Assembly (NCBI RefSeq): GCF_035594765.1
Contig: NC_085842.1
Coordinates: 320,601,359 to 320,665,358, forward strand
DNA length: 64,000 nucleotides
Direction: 5' to 3'
Origin: Anolis carolinensis
Taxonomy: Eukaryota
A program made the translations under genes and the position numbers. The notes beneath the pieces were generated by a model. It was not told where the DNA came from, did no database searches, and was given only the letters and a program-made list of their open reading frames with translations. Shown piece after piece: positions 1 through 13,634 of the stretch. The first letter of the stretch is position 1. Every line of letters begins with the position of its first letter.

Positions 1-238
1 GTTGTTTTGTGGGTCGCCGTGATGCCATCACTCTTTTATATATATAGATACAGAAGTAAGAAGTACTTTATGAGTTCAAACACTAAAAATATTAAAATGG
101 ATTGAAATAAATGATATCTCCTTTCATTCAAGGTACCTATTAGAGGCACATATTCTTTTTATGGGTTAACTGTAGGATTAGCATGATATTAATATAATAT
201 TTGTTGGAAGTGAAGCATCAACACTTGTATATATAGAG

Positions 239-362
239 CAGTGGTTCTCAACCTGTGGGTCCCCAGGTGTTTTGGCCTACAAATCAAAATCCCAGCCGGT
301 TTACCAGCTGTTAGGATTCCTGGGAGTTGAAGGCCAAAACACCCACAGGTTGAGAAGCACTG
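239..362. mobile_element. hAT MITE with SPIN-type termini
   Basis: CAGTGGTTCTCAACC ... GGTTGAGAAGCACTG TIRs; 8-bp TSD ATATAGAG. Confidence 0.85.
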
Positions 363-2815
363 ATATAGAGCCATGAGGAAGAGAGCAAACCCTGTGGTGG
401 AAACATGCCTCCTACCTTGTTTCACCTCCCTTGCCTAGTTCTACAAAGTTCAACATAATTTTTTGCTTCCTGCCTGCCTGGAGAAGCCACTTCCCTTTCT
501 TCCCAAGCATCTTTAGTGCTTTATTGTTCTTTTGTTTGAGAAGGGAGCATCATGAGGCATCTCTCTGCCCCACGATGCCTGGCACAGAGACATGAAAATC
601 AGCATTAGGGAGTCTGCTACTAAAGTTAGGTGCATTTCTTTTGTGTCTCTACTTTTTTATTTGAGATGTGTTACCTGCAATAAAGGAAGTGTTTACCTTT
701 TTAAAAACCTTATCAGAGCATCCTATGTCTTTGCTCTCCTATTTCCTACCATAAGTTCAGATATAGCACTGACTACACTGCACTCTGCTGTAGATACCAG
801 ATATTCCTACAATATTAACAGTGCTGCTCTTTAGAACAATGCTGATTTTAAAAAAGACCTTAGAAGTGGGATGTATATCTTATGAAAAATGTTCTCTGCT
901 TTGGTGCATCTGGATCCAGAGGAGCCCGAGTGGCTTGGGTGTATCACCTGTTTTATAGAGAGAGGATCACCCTTGCTTCCAGCTTTTTCCTCTCAAGATT
1001 GTTGTAGCAGAGATTGACTCTAACAGGCATGCTGTAGATTATGTTTCTGCCCCAGTCCCCGCTCTTTCAGGAAAAAGAAGTCTGCCATCCCGCTAATGAG
1101 ATTACAGACTAAATCCTGTTTTCCACTGTGGTCACAGCAGAACTTTTCTCCTCCTCTTTGGCCCATGATGTTTTCTAGAAACAGGTTTTCCCAGCCCCTC
1201 GGCTCTTGTTTAGGGGTTTCCTGGGGAGAGAGGAATTCTGTGATCCAGCTGTTTTGCAAACATTTGGATATTGCCAACATACAGATAATAACTATCCCAT
1301 TGTTCAACTTCCATATGTGATACTGCGCAATGCACTTGGGTACTTGATTTCAATATGTAAAACGTAGTTGAAATTTTAAAATAAAACGCCAGTATAAATA
1401 TGTCACAAAGCACTATTTTTATCCATCATTTTGCCTAGAAATATGAAAAACAACTTCCCCCGTTCTTTTAGAATGATAGAAGTTTAAAGACAAGGCTTTT
1501 ATATGTTTACTTCCCAAAATTATTTCTAAAAACTGTAACAGGAAGGCCTTTTGTATAGGACTGTGTGCAGGATCAGATAATTACAATTCCAGATCCTGTT
1601 CCCTTTTCTATCTTTTTATGAGAATGGCTGCTTTATGTCTAGTTGACACTCTAGAAGCCTAGAAGAGACAAAATGGCTCAACGTTGTTTTTGTCCAGTTC
1701 TCATAGTTGACGAAACCAAAAGGACATCTTGCAGTTTAGTTGCAAAAACATAACAGTTTTAAAAATTCCAGTAATTGTATCAAACTGTGCTTTTAATATG
1801 CCAGATATGCTGGTTATATGCCCTCTCAAATTAGACGTAATGGATTTTCTGTTCCTGGAATGACAAATTGATTTGCAACCTATAAAAAGTATCGGAATTG
1901 CATCCCCCCCCCCCCAGTTTTTGCAAAGGTTTCTACTTCCCTGGCCCTTTCCCCCATAGATACTGTTTCCCCTAAACAATCTGTCTTGTATTTATTTTTT
2001 CCCAAGAAGAAACACTATAATGGTTTATTTTCAGGGGATGTCTTTTTTATTAAGTATGGTACAACAATTTATATTTATTCAAATAAAGTTAAGTCACCTT
2101 CTTCTGAAACATTGTCATAACTCTCCAAAACCGGAATTCCATCCTGAATTTCTTTCAGCTCCATTTCCTTTAAAACCATTGGCCCCAATCTTTCATGTCG
2201 AGCAATAGAGCTGTCATTAAATGAGCTGCTCTTATCCATGTAACCCGCTTAGAGTGTATTGGCAACAACACTGTCTATGATTTTATCCCTTGTTGATGGG
2301 GCTGCCCGCACCTCTCTGGTCACCTCTGAAATAGCAGCTGTCATGATGGGACAGATGAGAATGCTTGCCCATCTTCTTTACCGTTCAGCGCCAGTATGCT
2401 GCATAGCCACTCCTATCACTATGTCTTATTTTCGGGGTATGGCTTATATTGCACAAATGCTTATAAGCTACGGCTTATTTATGGGTATTTTTTTTTTCGT
2501 GGAAACAGGGTAGCGTCAAGATTTCTGGAATGTTGACATTTCTGATTTTGAGAGCAGGCTGCTTGGAGTTGTGTATGCAACTTGCCATTGGTATAGCTAT
2601 GAAGATGAAGATACAGCTAGGATTCTTAGTCAAATTCTTACTCAACTTAGTTTGTGGAGAAGTTGTGATTTAACCTCTGCTCCAAGCACATTTTAGTCCA
2701 GCAGTGCTTAGAGGTTGATATGATGGATTATGCTTCGGCCTTAACTTAAGTTGGTGCAACTGCATCCCACCTTTGTCTCTTTCCTTCCATGAAAGTTTCC
2801 GTTTATTGCTTCCAG

Positions 2816-3016
2816 GTGACTCACCAAAGTTTCCCGACATCCCAAGTGCCCAGGGCCCCCGGCTGTATGAAATGGCCCAGCAGCTCCCCCTACGCAGAGG
2901 CGTTGCAGGCCCTTTCCTCCAGTGAGCGGCAGTGCGCCGAGACCGTGGTGAACATGGGCTACTCCTATGAGGACGTCCTGAAGGCGATGAAGAAGAAGGG
3001 GCAGAACATAGAACAG
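2816..3016 (+). CDS. UBAP1: UBAP1 internal coding exon (start of SOUBA/UBA region); upstream exons lie outside the window
   Basis: tccag|GTG acceptor; encodes VTHQ...[32 protein letters not shown]; ends at CAG|GCAAGT (GC donor), phase 0. Confidence 0.9.
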
Positions 3017-3882
3017 GCAAGTCAGGCTGGCGAGACTTTTCATGCAAACCCAGTAAGAAAAGTTAGAACAGAAACCTTGAATCAGCTGGCATTTGGTCAC
3101 AAGGAAGGAAGCCTGCTGTCTTGACAAAGCCCTCCTTGAGAAATAATATACAGTATTTTGATAACAGTTCCCATGTGTTTTTAGTGGCTGATACCTTTCA
3201 TGTAACTCAGACTGCCAGCAGTCAAAACTAACAAAGAGAATAAAAAAATAGTCAAGAGCATGAGGCTGCCATTGATAAACAAATATCATATAATATGTGA
3301 AAATATTTGGTAAGCGTATTACCACAATATTTCTTCATCTGGTGCAGTCATGCATGTTTTAACATTTTTGTTATGTTACAATTTCTTTAGTATTTCTTTG
3401 TTGGTTGATATATTAAATCATAGAGTTGGAAGCAAGTCCAATCCCCTGCTGTGCAAGCATAGACAACCAAAGCACTATGGTAAACACTAATCCATATTTT
3501 GGAGCACCCACATAGCCCAATAAACGCCAAAATTTGTCCCGGTCTCATTGTGGGATGGCAGTTGATCTATGATATGATGCACTGGCGATGCCCAATTTAA
3601 TATTTGCCAGTTACCTGGAGCTCCTTGAAATATGTGGTATTTTTATGCTAGCAATGTATTCAGCATCCGCATTCAGCTTTATCACTTCAGGATGCTTTCC
3701 CAACACAAAGGTATTCTTGTGTCGGGCATGAAATGTTATCGATTTTTCATGTGAAGGATTCATCAACAAGAGGCTCCTGATAGGCTTAGTTTGGGCAGAT
3801 TAGCCAAGGAAATGCATGCCTGAATGGATTATCCCTACAGAGCGAGTGCCTCAGTTCATCTCTGGCCTGTTCCTCCTCATAG

Positions 3883-3984
3883 GTTCTAGACTACCTTTTT
3901 GTCCACGGGCAGTTCTGCGAGAAGGGATTCGATCCGCTCCTTGTGGAGGCTGCTCTCGAAATGTATCAGTGTTCGGAAGAGAAG
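3883..3984 (+). CDS. UBAP1: UBAP1 penultimate coding exon
   Basis: catag|GTT ... AAG|gtgagt; [34 protein letters not shown], matching the UBAP1 C-terminal UBA repeats. Confidence 0.95.
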
Positions 3985-4189
3985 GTGAGTGGCTCAGCGC
4001 GTCCGTTGTCTAGCCAGTATTATATATGAGCTTATGGTAGGAAATGGGAAAGAACAATAGTTGGGATGGCAAGGTTTTGAAAGGATACCATGTAATACGC
4101 TTGAAATAAAAGAGTAGAGACACAAAATTACAGTTACTTTACTAATGCTACTCCTTAATGCTGACACTCATGTCTTTGTGTTCTGCATC

Positions 4190-4223
<34 letters not shown>

Positions 4224-4680
4224 CTTTATTTTTATATCCCACCCCATCTCCTCAGAGGGACTCCGAACGGCTTACATGGGGCCATGCCCGACAACAATAC
4301 AATAACAGCAATAAAACAATAAAACAAGATCAGCAATAAAACAATCTTGAGGCAGAGAGAAGCCTCATAGTGCTTCCTTCTCAAACTAAAGGAGAATAAA
4401 GCACTAAAAACCTTTGTGAAGAAAGGGGAAATGACCTCTTCATGCAGGCAGCAAATGAAACACCTAGAGTTACATAGATGTAGGAGACAGAAGTGAAAGT
4501 AAGACAACAGGATCCCCTTTGTCCCTAATTGCTGTGATTCACTTCTACCACTTAATCTAGAACTTTCCAAAATATCACATGTTTTAGGAATGCATCATTG
4601 AATGACATGGTAATTCCATTTTACTGGCAAACTGGAGATTAAGCCTTTCATTTATATATTTAAAAATAAATGATGCATTG

Positions 4681-4908
4681 GGTTGTTGTATGTTTTCCGG
4701 GCTGTATGGCCATGTTCCAGAAGTATTCTCTCCTGACATTTCTCCTACATCTATGGCAGGCATCCTCAGAGGTTGTGAGGCAACCTCTGCGGATGCATGC
4801 TATAGATGTGGGTGAAACGTCAGGAGAGAATACTTCTGGAACATGGCCATACAGCTCGGAAAACATACAACAACATTGTGATCCCGGCATGAAAGCCTTG
4901 GACAACAC
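4681..4908. mobile_element. Penelope-like element with inverted pseudo-LTR
   Basis: Inverted halves around 4778; 11-bp TSD ATGATGCATTG (4670-80, 4909-19). Confidence 0.8.
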
Positions 4909-5152
4909 ATGATGCATTGCTTATTTCCCATAGACCTAGGTGTCATCTTGCAACTGACACACTACTAAAGAGTCACAGCATAGAGTTTGGAAAGCTTTGA
5001 TTTAATGTTTTCCTTTTGTGCAGAGGGAAGGAATATAAATTCTGACATAAACTTGGCTTGAAAGCTCTAAAGTGGCTGTCATTGTAAAGGAAGACTTGGA
5101 TTTGCTTTGCAGAACCTGGGATGTCTTACTTTTTCATTGGGTTTTCCCTTAA

Positions 5153-5335
<183 letters not shown>

Positions 5336-6512
5336 AGAAGGCTGAAGGGAGCCCACTCCTGGCCCGGCCATCCGGACCCTGGCCCTCCTTGCCAAGGGGC
5401 TCTCTCTCTCTGCAGGCATTTGAGGAGGGGCAGCAGACCCCCAGGAAACCGACAAAGCTGGGGGGCCGTCCCATTGGCACTCCATTGGCGTCTCTCCACT
5501 CTGCCATTCCCTGGAGAGAGTCCCGTCTGCTTTCTTCAATTACAGTTTAAGTGTCCTTTCCTCTCCCCTCCCCCCCCCCACTTTTATTTTGACTAGGCCA
5601 CGGGAAATCTTGACTGGAGCTGTACATAGTCAGGCCAAGGCTAGTTGTATCCTCTCTCTCCCCCAAATCTTGCACTGGACTTGCCCCGTTTTGGAAATGA
5701 ACTACGCTTTGGTTCTTTGAAGCTGCTTTCGTTTGTGTATGTCTGCCTGTACTGAAAATATGGACTCCTGGTTGAGAGTAACAGGAATCCGGGAGCTTTA
5801 TGGGGCGGATGGGGAAAAATAGGGGGGCGTCTTTGGTCGAAGGGTAGTGCGCAATGTAGTTCAACACTGGTTCTGAAACTGCCGCTATGCATATAAGAGA
5901 GAAGCCTTATGGTGGGCCCTTTTCTCCCTGATGTTCGTTCTGGTCCGGGCTGCCCCACTCTCCTCTGAGTAGATGAACCCAGGTCTCAGAACAGGTAAGC
6001 TGTGAATCCCGTTTGGATCTCCTCCAACACTGCTGATTTTGAAACGCTGGGGAGTGAAGGCTCCCCTTGGAAATACATTTTCTATTTATACAGATCTGTG
6101 CAAACTTCAGCCCCCCCCCCCCCCCAGGTGTTTTGGACGTCAACTCCCACAATTGTGGGAGTTGACGTCCAAAACACTTGGAGAGCTGAAATTTGCACAG
6201 GCCTGAATTATAAGCAGAAGCCCTTCTGAGCAACCAGCCAATCATACAGTGTGAAATTGGAAATCTTTATCTTTCAAACACTTTCTTTTTTCATATTCAC
6301 TGCATTGGTTCCATTTTCCCCCCACACTGCTATAGTTACATTAATCTATTAACATCTAGTGATAGGAATCAAGACATTTTGGTTTGGTTTTGATAGTAAA
6401 AAAATGTATTATGTTGTACATGGTTAAAGATGTAAATACATAAAAAATTATAAGCAGTCCTGATGATCTTTGGAGTAATTTGCTAAGTATTTTGGTTCTG
6501 CAGAAGGAGACT

Positions 6513-6518
6513 AATAAA
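6513..6518 (+). terminator. Candidate UBAP1 polyadenylation signal
   Basis: AATAAA about 1.2 kb after the stop, preceded by TGTA motifs and followed by GT-rich sequence. Confidence 0.5.
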
Positions 6519-7057
6519 AACTTAAAACGTGTCCTGGTTTCCTGTTCTAGGGATTAATAGGGAAAAGAAATGCCTGAGTATTAAATAGTCATCGTGAATT
6601 AAATCCATCATAACCTGAGTATTTTCCACAAGTGTCCCTATGCTAGGTTCGGTTCGGTGGTTGTTTTTCGAGCTCCTACTGGCATGTTGAAAATGTTATT
6701 TCTGGGGAGTCTTGCATGGTTCTCTACAGACTTTATACTGAGAACAGGTGCTCTAAATCTTAACCCACTTGGGCAGATCATCCCCATAACGTGTCAACTT
6801 CCAGTTTGCTTTGATCTTCAGAGACTCCAGACTCCACCAAGACTATCATTTCTCCTCTTCATCTTAAAGCAAGGGATTGTGGAAACACAAGTTGGTTGAC
6901 AATTCCTTTCAGAATCATGCAGACAAGTGAATGGTCCAATATTAGCACCCAAATTTCATGAAACAGGCTTGAGTTGCAGGCCAGGGTTAAATGAATCCAT
7001 GTTACCGAGCAATAGACAACCACCCAACCTCGACTGCTATAATCCCTATTTAAAGTA

Positions 7058-7380
7058 CAGTAGAGTCTCACTTATCCAACACTCGCTTATCCAATGTTCT
7101 GGATTATCTAACACATTTTTGTAGTCAATGTTTTCAATATATCGTGATATTTTGGTGCTAAATTCATAAATACAGTCATTACTACATAGCATTATTGCGT
7201 ATTGAACTACTTTTTCTGCCAAATTTGTTGTCTAACATAATGTTTTGGTGCTTAATTTGTAAAATCATAACCTAATTTGATGTTTAATAGGCTTTTCCTT
7301 AATGCCTCCTTATTATTCAACATATTCGCTTATCCAACATTCTGCCGGCCCGTTTATGTTGGATAAGTGAGACTCTACTG
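7058..7380. mobile_element. Tc1/mariner-type MITE (~323 bp); copies at 25921-26243, 40513-40835, 42013-42333
   Basis: CAGTAGAGTCTCACTTATCCAA TIRs; TA TSD. Confidence 0.85.
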
Positions 7381-7384
7381 TATT

Positions 7385-7698
7385 ACACTATGTAACAAAA
7401 TTTGAGCCATTTTCTGTTCCTGATTTGAAAGTGTTATTTCCAGTTTAATTGTGTGGGAATTACTTTGAAAATAGTTGTTATACTCCAGAAACTTTGTTTT
7501 TGTGGCTGCCACAAACTAGGTTGAATTGGTTGAGACACAATGAGATATTAATTGAAAAACTAGAGCAAAATGTACTGCAGGATGTGCCACAAAAACAAAG
7601 TTTTTGCAGTTTAATACACTTTTACCATGTTTTTATGATAGAACCAATTAGAAAATAACATTTATTACCCAGGAACAAAAATCATATTACATAGTGTT
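7385..7698. mobile_element. Second MITE family; copy at ~24910-25227
   Basis: TACACTATGTAAC ... TTACATAGTGTTA inverted ends; two similar copies. Confidence 0.7.
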
Positions 7699-9459
7699 AT
7701 GTAATAATAATCTCTTGAGGGAATATATGTTTAAAGGTCAAATGAGTGAGTGCTAATGGCAGTAAAGTTCCATTAAACTCTGCATGATTAGGATAACATT
7801 TTTCATACTAAGATATGAAATTGAATTGTATACTGGGAGGAAAAAAACACCTCTATGCTGCTGTTGTCTTGTCTCCTGGCCAGCCTTTCCTTTTCTATCT
7901 CTAGTTGGTGCTCCATTGTCCTGGGAGTGATGTCGGAGCTGAGAAAGATCGGAAAGACTGGATCCTGAGAAAGAGGAACCCTGAATGGAGCCAGTAAATG
8001 TCCAGTTTTGGCTAATGATCTCAAACAAGCCTGGGCAATGGCAGAAAGATCATTGATATCCCATAAGGCTCCTTCCAACTCTAGGATTCTAAGACCGAGT
8101 ACAGCGAAACATTCATCTAGGCCAGGCATGGGCCAAGTTCGGCTTCCTCCAGGTGTCTCAGAGTTGAAAACACCTAGAGGGAGGGCCAAAGTTGACCTAT
8201 TTCTGCTCTGGAGACTTGGACTCAATGGAGCCATTGATTTGCTTAATTTGACACATAATAAGACCCAACTGTGTAGCAAATAAGACCTTTTAATGAAAGA
8301 AAAATCAACTCAGCAAAATAATCATCAGTATAAAAATGACATGCATATTACAATTCAATCATTGAGTTTTCAGCAGTTTGTGTAACTCTGAGAACATTCA
8401 TTCTTTTTAAACAAGGAGCCTCTAGAAACAGTAACACACAGTAAATGCAAATTGCTCCATTGACGCCACTCATGGGACTGCGGCATCATTTCGGCAATCA
8501 GGATGTGCGGTTTGCAAACATGAGCAGGAAGGACTTTTTGGATCTTGTCTACTTGTAGAAATGAGGAGTCAGGGAAGAATTCTACAGACATGATTCCTCT
8601 CTCAAGGAGAACTGCTATTTTGAATGCAGCATGGCTACCTGGACCAAGCCTGCATGTGTTGCATCTTTTAAAGAACATGGCAGGTGTGTTGCCGATCTTG
8701 CTGTGATCTCTGGTGCTTCTGCCACTGTATCTACGCAAAGGGGGCATGGGTGGGCCTGAGTGAGAAACTTCCAGAATATACCTGCATGTTAAATAGAGAG
8801 AAAATGTGTATAGCCAGCCCTACACATTTGCTGGGGCTAAGGGTACGCAATCCCCACAAAAGTGAAAAAAATGCCAATTAAAACATTCATTTTTAAAAAA
8901 ACCTGAGTGAACATTGCTGTAGGATCCTCCAGTGTGACTTTATGATCAACTTCTGCCGGAAATTAACCATATATTCATGCTGGCAGACTTAAGAGATTTC
9001 TAGAGTAGACTGTATTACTCAAATCTGCAAAGGTTAAACCCAAATTATCCAGCCAACAGCCAAGGTGTATTTGGTACTGGGAGAAGGGGATTAATCGCTT
9101 ATAGGCATGATTCGTACAAATTCTCTTCGGGGAACCTGTTCTGCACTGCTGACAACAGGCCCTGTCACTCACCTGACAATTTCAGTCACTCTAGAAGGCC
9201 CTATATTGCTGCAGTTCATGCATTTAGAGCTGATAACTTCCTTTTTTCAACGCATGAGCTGGAAATAGAACCAATGATCGTATGGAGTCACTTGTCATCA
9301 GCGATGAAAAGACCACGTGTGTTATAGGTGAGGGTTAGGAAACAGGAACACACACAGGCTGTTTTTCTTCTTAAGTCTTCCAAAACATACCAGGTGCCTC
9401 TCAAGTCTTTGCTGCCTGCCAGAGATGAAGGATTTGATGCCTTTGTTGCTTCATCACGG

Positions 9460-9603
9460 CTATGTTGGGGAAGTTGGCAGGAGTGCGGCCTCGTTGGAAG
9501 AAGTAGCAGCCAGGAAGGGCTGCAGCTGGGTCCGCATCCTTTGGATGCACTTGGACTTCAGGGTCAAGATTTCGTCCAGCTTCGTCACAAAGTCTTCAAA
9601 GTC
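9460..9603 (-). CDS. KIF24: KIF24 last coding exon
   Basis: DFEDFVTKLDEILTLKSKCIQRMRTQLQPFL...* (TAG 9462-9460); total CDS 3957 nt = 1318 aa. Confidence 0.92.
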   Translation of the reverse strand, partial: DFEDFVTKLDEILTLKSKCIQRMRTQLQPFLAATSSNEAALLPTSPT

Positions 9604-9679
9604 CTAAAGGGAAAACAATCAGTGAGTGGAAAATGCAAGGATTCAGAAAAGTTGATTCACATGCCATTTATGAAATTTG

Positions 9680-9827
9680 TCTAGAGTGGGCATGGGCAAA
9701 CTTCAGCCGTCCAGGTGTTTTGGACTTCAACTCTCACAATTCCTAACAGCCGGTAGGCTGTTAGGAATTGTGAGAGTTGAAGTCCAAAACACCTGGACGG
9801 CTGAAGTTTGCCTATGCCCACTCTAGA
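9680..9827. repeat. Fold-back (hairpin) MITE family; copies at ~6091-6205, 33515-33643, 46275-46402, 51895-52048, 58930-59046
   Basis: Near-perfect ~70-bp stem: ggcaaactt...ccaggtgttttggacttcaactc / gagttgaagtccaaaacacctgg...aagtttgcc. Confidence 0.85.
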
Positions 9828-10048
9828 GTATTTGTTGGAAGCCAGGTATTTTCTGACCTGTGCTCTGTTTATTAGCTGCCAGGCCTTATGTATGTCTACT
9901 CATTATTAAAGGAGCGCTCCTTTTCCAACTCAGATGAGGCCACGCTTAGTGCTTAGCTCCTGCTGTCTAAATAATGACACTGCAAGAGATGATGCGCGGA
10001 GAAAAACCTGGCTTCGGGGAGCGTAGAAGAGCCTGCAGACCCACTCAC

Positions 10049-10142
10049 CAGCTCTGGCATCTTACGGATCAGACTTTCTTCCCGAAAACACAGGTTTGCC
10101 ATTTCATCCAGTTGTTTCCGATGGATCTGGAGCACAGATTGC
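10049..10142 (-). CDS. KIF24: KIF24 coding exon 11
   Basis: RQSVLQIHRKQLDEMANLCFREESLIRKMPEL; phases 2/0 fit the neighbouring exons. Confidence 0.9.
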
Positions 10143-11296
10143 CTACGAGGCACAATTAAAAATAAGAATGACTCTGCTAACAAGCGTACTCCACTCCACT
10201 TAGTACAAACACTTATGGGCAACAACCTATCAGATTCAACTTGTCATCTGACCAGCTTCCCAGGAGCCTTCAATAACCCCAAGAATGGCACAATTTGGGG
10301 CATTAGTATACAGAGTTTGACATCTAAGGATCCAAATTATTGTGCTCACTTTCCTGCAGCAGTCTTGTACTTGCTTCCCCTTATTGCAGATGAGAGGCCA
10401 AGGCTTATAGAAAACCGTTTGCCAAAGGCAAGTTTTAAACTTACTGCTTTACAGCAAACAAGGTGTAAATACTTAAGAACACAGGTTAGAGGAATCACAT
10501 TTGAACTTCCCTGAAATCATGGATAGCTGGACACCCACCCCTTTTCTAAACTTTTTTTTTTTTTGGTTTAAAGTAGCATCCTTGGAAGTTTAGGGAACAA
10601 TTTCACCAAATTGAGATCCTTCCAAGCTATATTGGGTCCAGGAAAAGCTACAGGAATTTGATTAATTTGGTGCAAGAAGACAAAAACATGTGACAAAGTT
10701 GGACCCTCATCTCCTTGGACAGAACTCCTCAGGGTGATGGACCATAGCCCAACCCCTGAACCAGTGTCTTGCCACACCTGGAGTGATTCTAAGCAGGGGA
10801 AATAACCTTTGTTGCCAATGGACACAAAAATGGTGCCTGTTCTTGGAACACGGGGAAATACTGCCAGTCTTGCACATCGATAGCTGAAGATGTAGCTCTT
10901 TTGTAGATCAACGTTTGAATCCCTGCTCAGCCATGAAAACCCACTGGGTGGCTGAGCAAGTCACGCTGTCACTCAGCCTCAGAGTGAGGCAAAGGCAAAC
11001 CCTCTGAAAAATCTTTCCAAGAAAACCCTGTAATATGTTTGCCGTAAGTCAAAAATAACTTGAAGGCCACAGCAACAGTAATTTTAGCCAAAATGTTGGG
11101 ATGCTGAGAGCTGCAAAATGCCCTTGAAACTGCAGGTGTGTCTCCCGGCTTTGTGTCACCACTTTTTCATTAAAAAAATCAAGGCACTTTCACCTTTGGG
11201 ACCATTCCACATGTTTCCCACACCTGCCAATCCCTTTAGGAACCCAGTTCTGCCTTGCAAACTGAGTGAGGACAAAGGGAAACCAAGAATGCTCAC

Positions 11297-13414
11297 CTTC
11301 CCAATGCTTCTTTACTCTGGAGTGCCATTTCCTCGCTGCTGAACATCAATGTAAATGCCTCTTCTGAACAGTCAGGGTCCCCTTTCCTGAATGCCAAACT
11401 GGATGGCAGGGGAATGCCTTCCTTAGAGGGCTTTTTGCTTCCTGCATGATCAGAGATGGGCAATGGGATGAAAGGCTTTCCCACCATGTCGGGATGTTTG
11501 ACTTGTGCGCCTGGCTTGGTGCTGTCCTCTTCCCCCAAGATGAAACAGGCCAAGGAGCCAGTCCTAGCTGCTTCCGTGTCGGCATCATATTGTGGACTGG
11601 TCACATAGTCACTGAACTGGAGGTTACTAAGAAGCAGAGGGTCCTCCTCGCCCTTCCTCTCTGAGCCTGGAGAGAGAAGATCCGCCAGGCCTGTGGCTCC
11701 AGAGGGATATTTATGAAAAACAGAGCTCTCAAGTTCATTTAAGGCTGATTCCACTCCGAAGGCAGGAGACGTCTTCTGCAGATTAAGGTGAGACTGTGAG
11801 AGCCACCTGGACCTGGCTGGTGGAGAAGCTCCTGGACCAGCTGCTCTCCAGTGATCCATTTCCTGCCTGATGGATGGAGGGGATGTTTGGTTTCCGAAGA
11901 ACCTCCTGGGGTCTTCATCCCATCGCTTTCTGGGCTGGGAGGGCTTCTTTTCCCACTGTGCCTCCTGTTCCTGGCGCTGCTTCTTTCTTTGCCCCTGTAC
12001 GGACTGGCCTTCTGGACTATCAGGGTCGAGGAGGGACACTGTCAAGGGAGCCGTCTCTCCAGCAAAGTCCCCTGAACAACTCAGAGCCTCATCAAGGTCT
12101 GTTCCTTTGTGGGGGTACTTTTTCCTGCCAGTCTCTGACACAGGAGCATGTTTACCTTGAAGAGATTCTTCTTTCAGGCCATCCGCTATGGGGCTTGCAG
12201 ATGCCAACAGGTGGGCAAATGGACTTTGCATTGCATTTTCTACAACAGAGAAGCACTTGTCGGGACAGGTTAGAGGTAGATCTGAACATCTGGGCTTCTT
12301 TGGACTGAGCAGGGTTTCTTTGCTTTTGCTGTTACATACAACACTGTCATCCTGCGAGCAGTAAGGTTTTTCGGGCGTATCATTCTTCAGAGAGGAACTG
12401 AGTGCTGCAGATGCCTCTGTGCTCCACTCCGACTGATTCCTACAGTCTTCCTTGCAGATGGCAGAATCCTCCATCCCTGACCAAGCTTCTCTCCTTTGAT
12501 CCTCAAGCTCAGGCTGTTTGGAAAAGAGTTCTTGTCCAGCTTGGACTTCCTGGCCTTCGGCTTCATGCTCTCTCCGGTGGAGGAAGAACGAACCCTGGCT
12601 GCATTCCCGTTTAGCTTGCACCTCGACTTTCCTGGTGCTCGGACCGGGGGAGAAGGAGTCCTCGCTGAAGTCACTGTCGTCCAGGTCTTCCAGCTGCATT
12701 GTCTCATCGCAGTCCGGAGGGGAGAGAGGGGTCGGGGCGGGGGCCTCCTCTCTCACCCGTACCTCCTGGGGCTTGTACTGGGCTAAAAACCTCTCCAGAG
12801 GCTGGTAGCTCAGCTTCTGCTGCAGGATCGGAGGCTGCTGGAACTGCTGGTGATAAAGGCGGAGGTGCTGCTCCCGGTCTCTCTGGTGTGGAGGGGGCTC
12901 TGCCCAGGCCGCCTTGCACTGCTCCATAAAGAGCCTCCCTCCTTCCTCCGCAGGGGCCACCGAGGGCCGGTTGGTGTCGCCGAGGGAAAAGTCCTCTCTA
13001 GACACCAGTTGCTTCTGCACAGGCTGCACTTTCAGGCACTTGACCCCTGCGCTCCTGGACACAAAGTCCTTCCCAAACGGGTTCTTCTCAAAAGGCAGAG
13101 ATGGATCCTCGGGTGCCTTCTTGGCCGGTGCTCCTGCCCTTGGGGTGCTGCAGCTATGCCAATCCTGAGTGCCCAAATGCCCTTTGCGGGCCTGTCCTTT
13201 TGGGACAGAAGAGAAAGGAAACTGCCCTGGTGAAGCCTTGGACTTGGACAAGGTGGGGTGCTGAAGCCCCAGCTTTACTTTCTTTGGTGAGTTCTTCTCA
13301 CCGCTTTGTGCGCAAGGAGAGCTCTGGATGCGTTTGGGAGACACGTTTGCCGTCGCCCGGCGCCTGTTCACAAGTGGGGTGCAGCACTTCATGCCCCTCT
13401 TCAGCTCCTTCACC
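11297..13414 (-). CDS. KIF24: KIF24 coding exon 10 (2118-nt exon, disordered tail)
   Basis: 706-aa ORF starting RVKELK; contains HLRLYHQQFQQPPILQQKLSYQPL; donor AG|gtgagc. Confidence 0.92.
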
Positions 13415-13634
13415 CTGCAAGTAAAGAAGAGAAAAGAGTGTGGGTGTTAACTTGTATTGTGCTCATTTGAAAGGTTTCTAGACTGCGTTGTAGGGCACGG
13501 GCTTCTAAAGGAGACTTACAGAAAAAGAAGAAAATTCTAATAAAATGCAACCAAAGTCAAAACAGCAGTTGATATACTTCCAAGGCCAGAACAACCTTCA
13601 TAACCATTTAAACAGATAGTATCTTCCCAGTTAT

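Noticed and set aside
7753-8747. ORFs between the convergent UBAP1 and KIF24 3' ends
   Set aside because: No recognisable domain or exon structure; probably KIF24 3'UTR or intergenic sequence.
11346-13424. Many overlapping ORFs on both strands
   Set aside because: Shadow frames of the GC-rich KIF24 giant exon.
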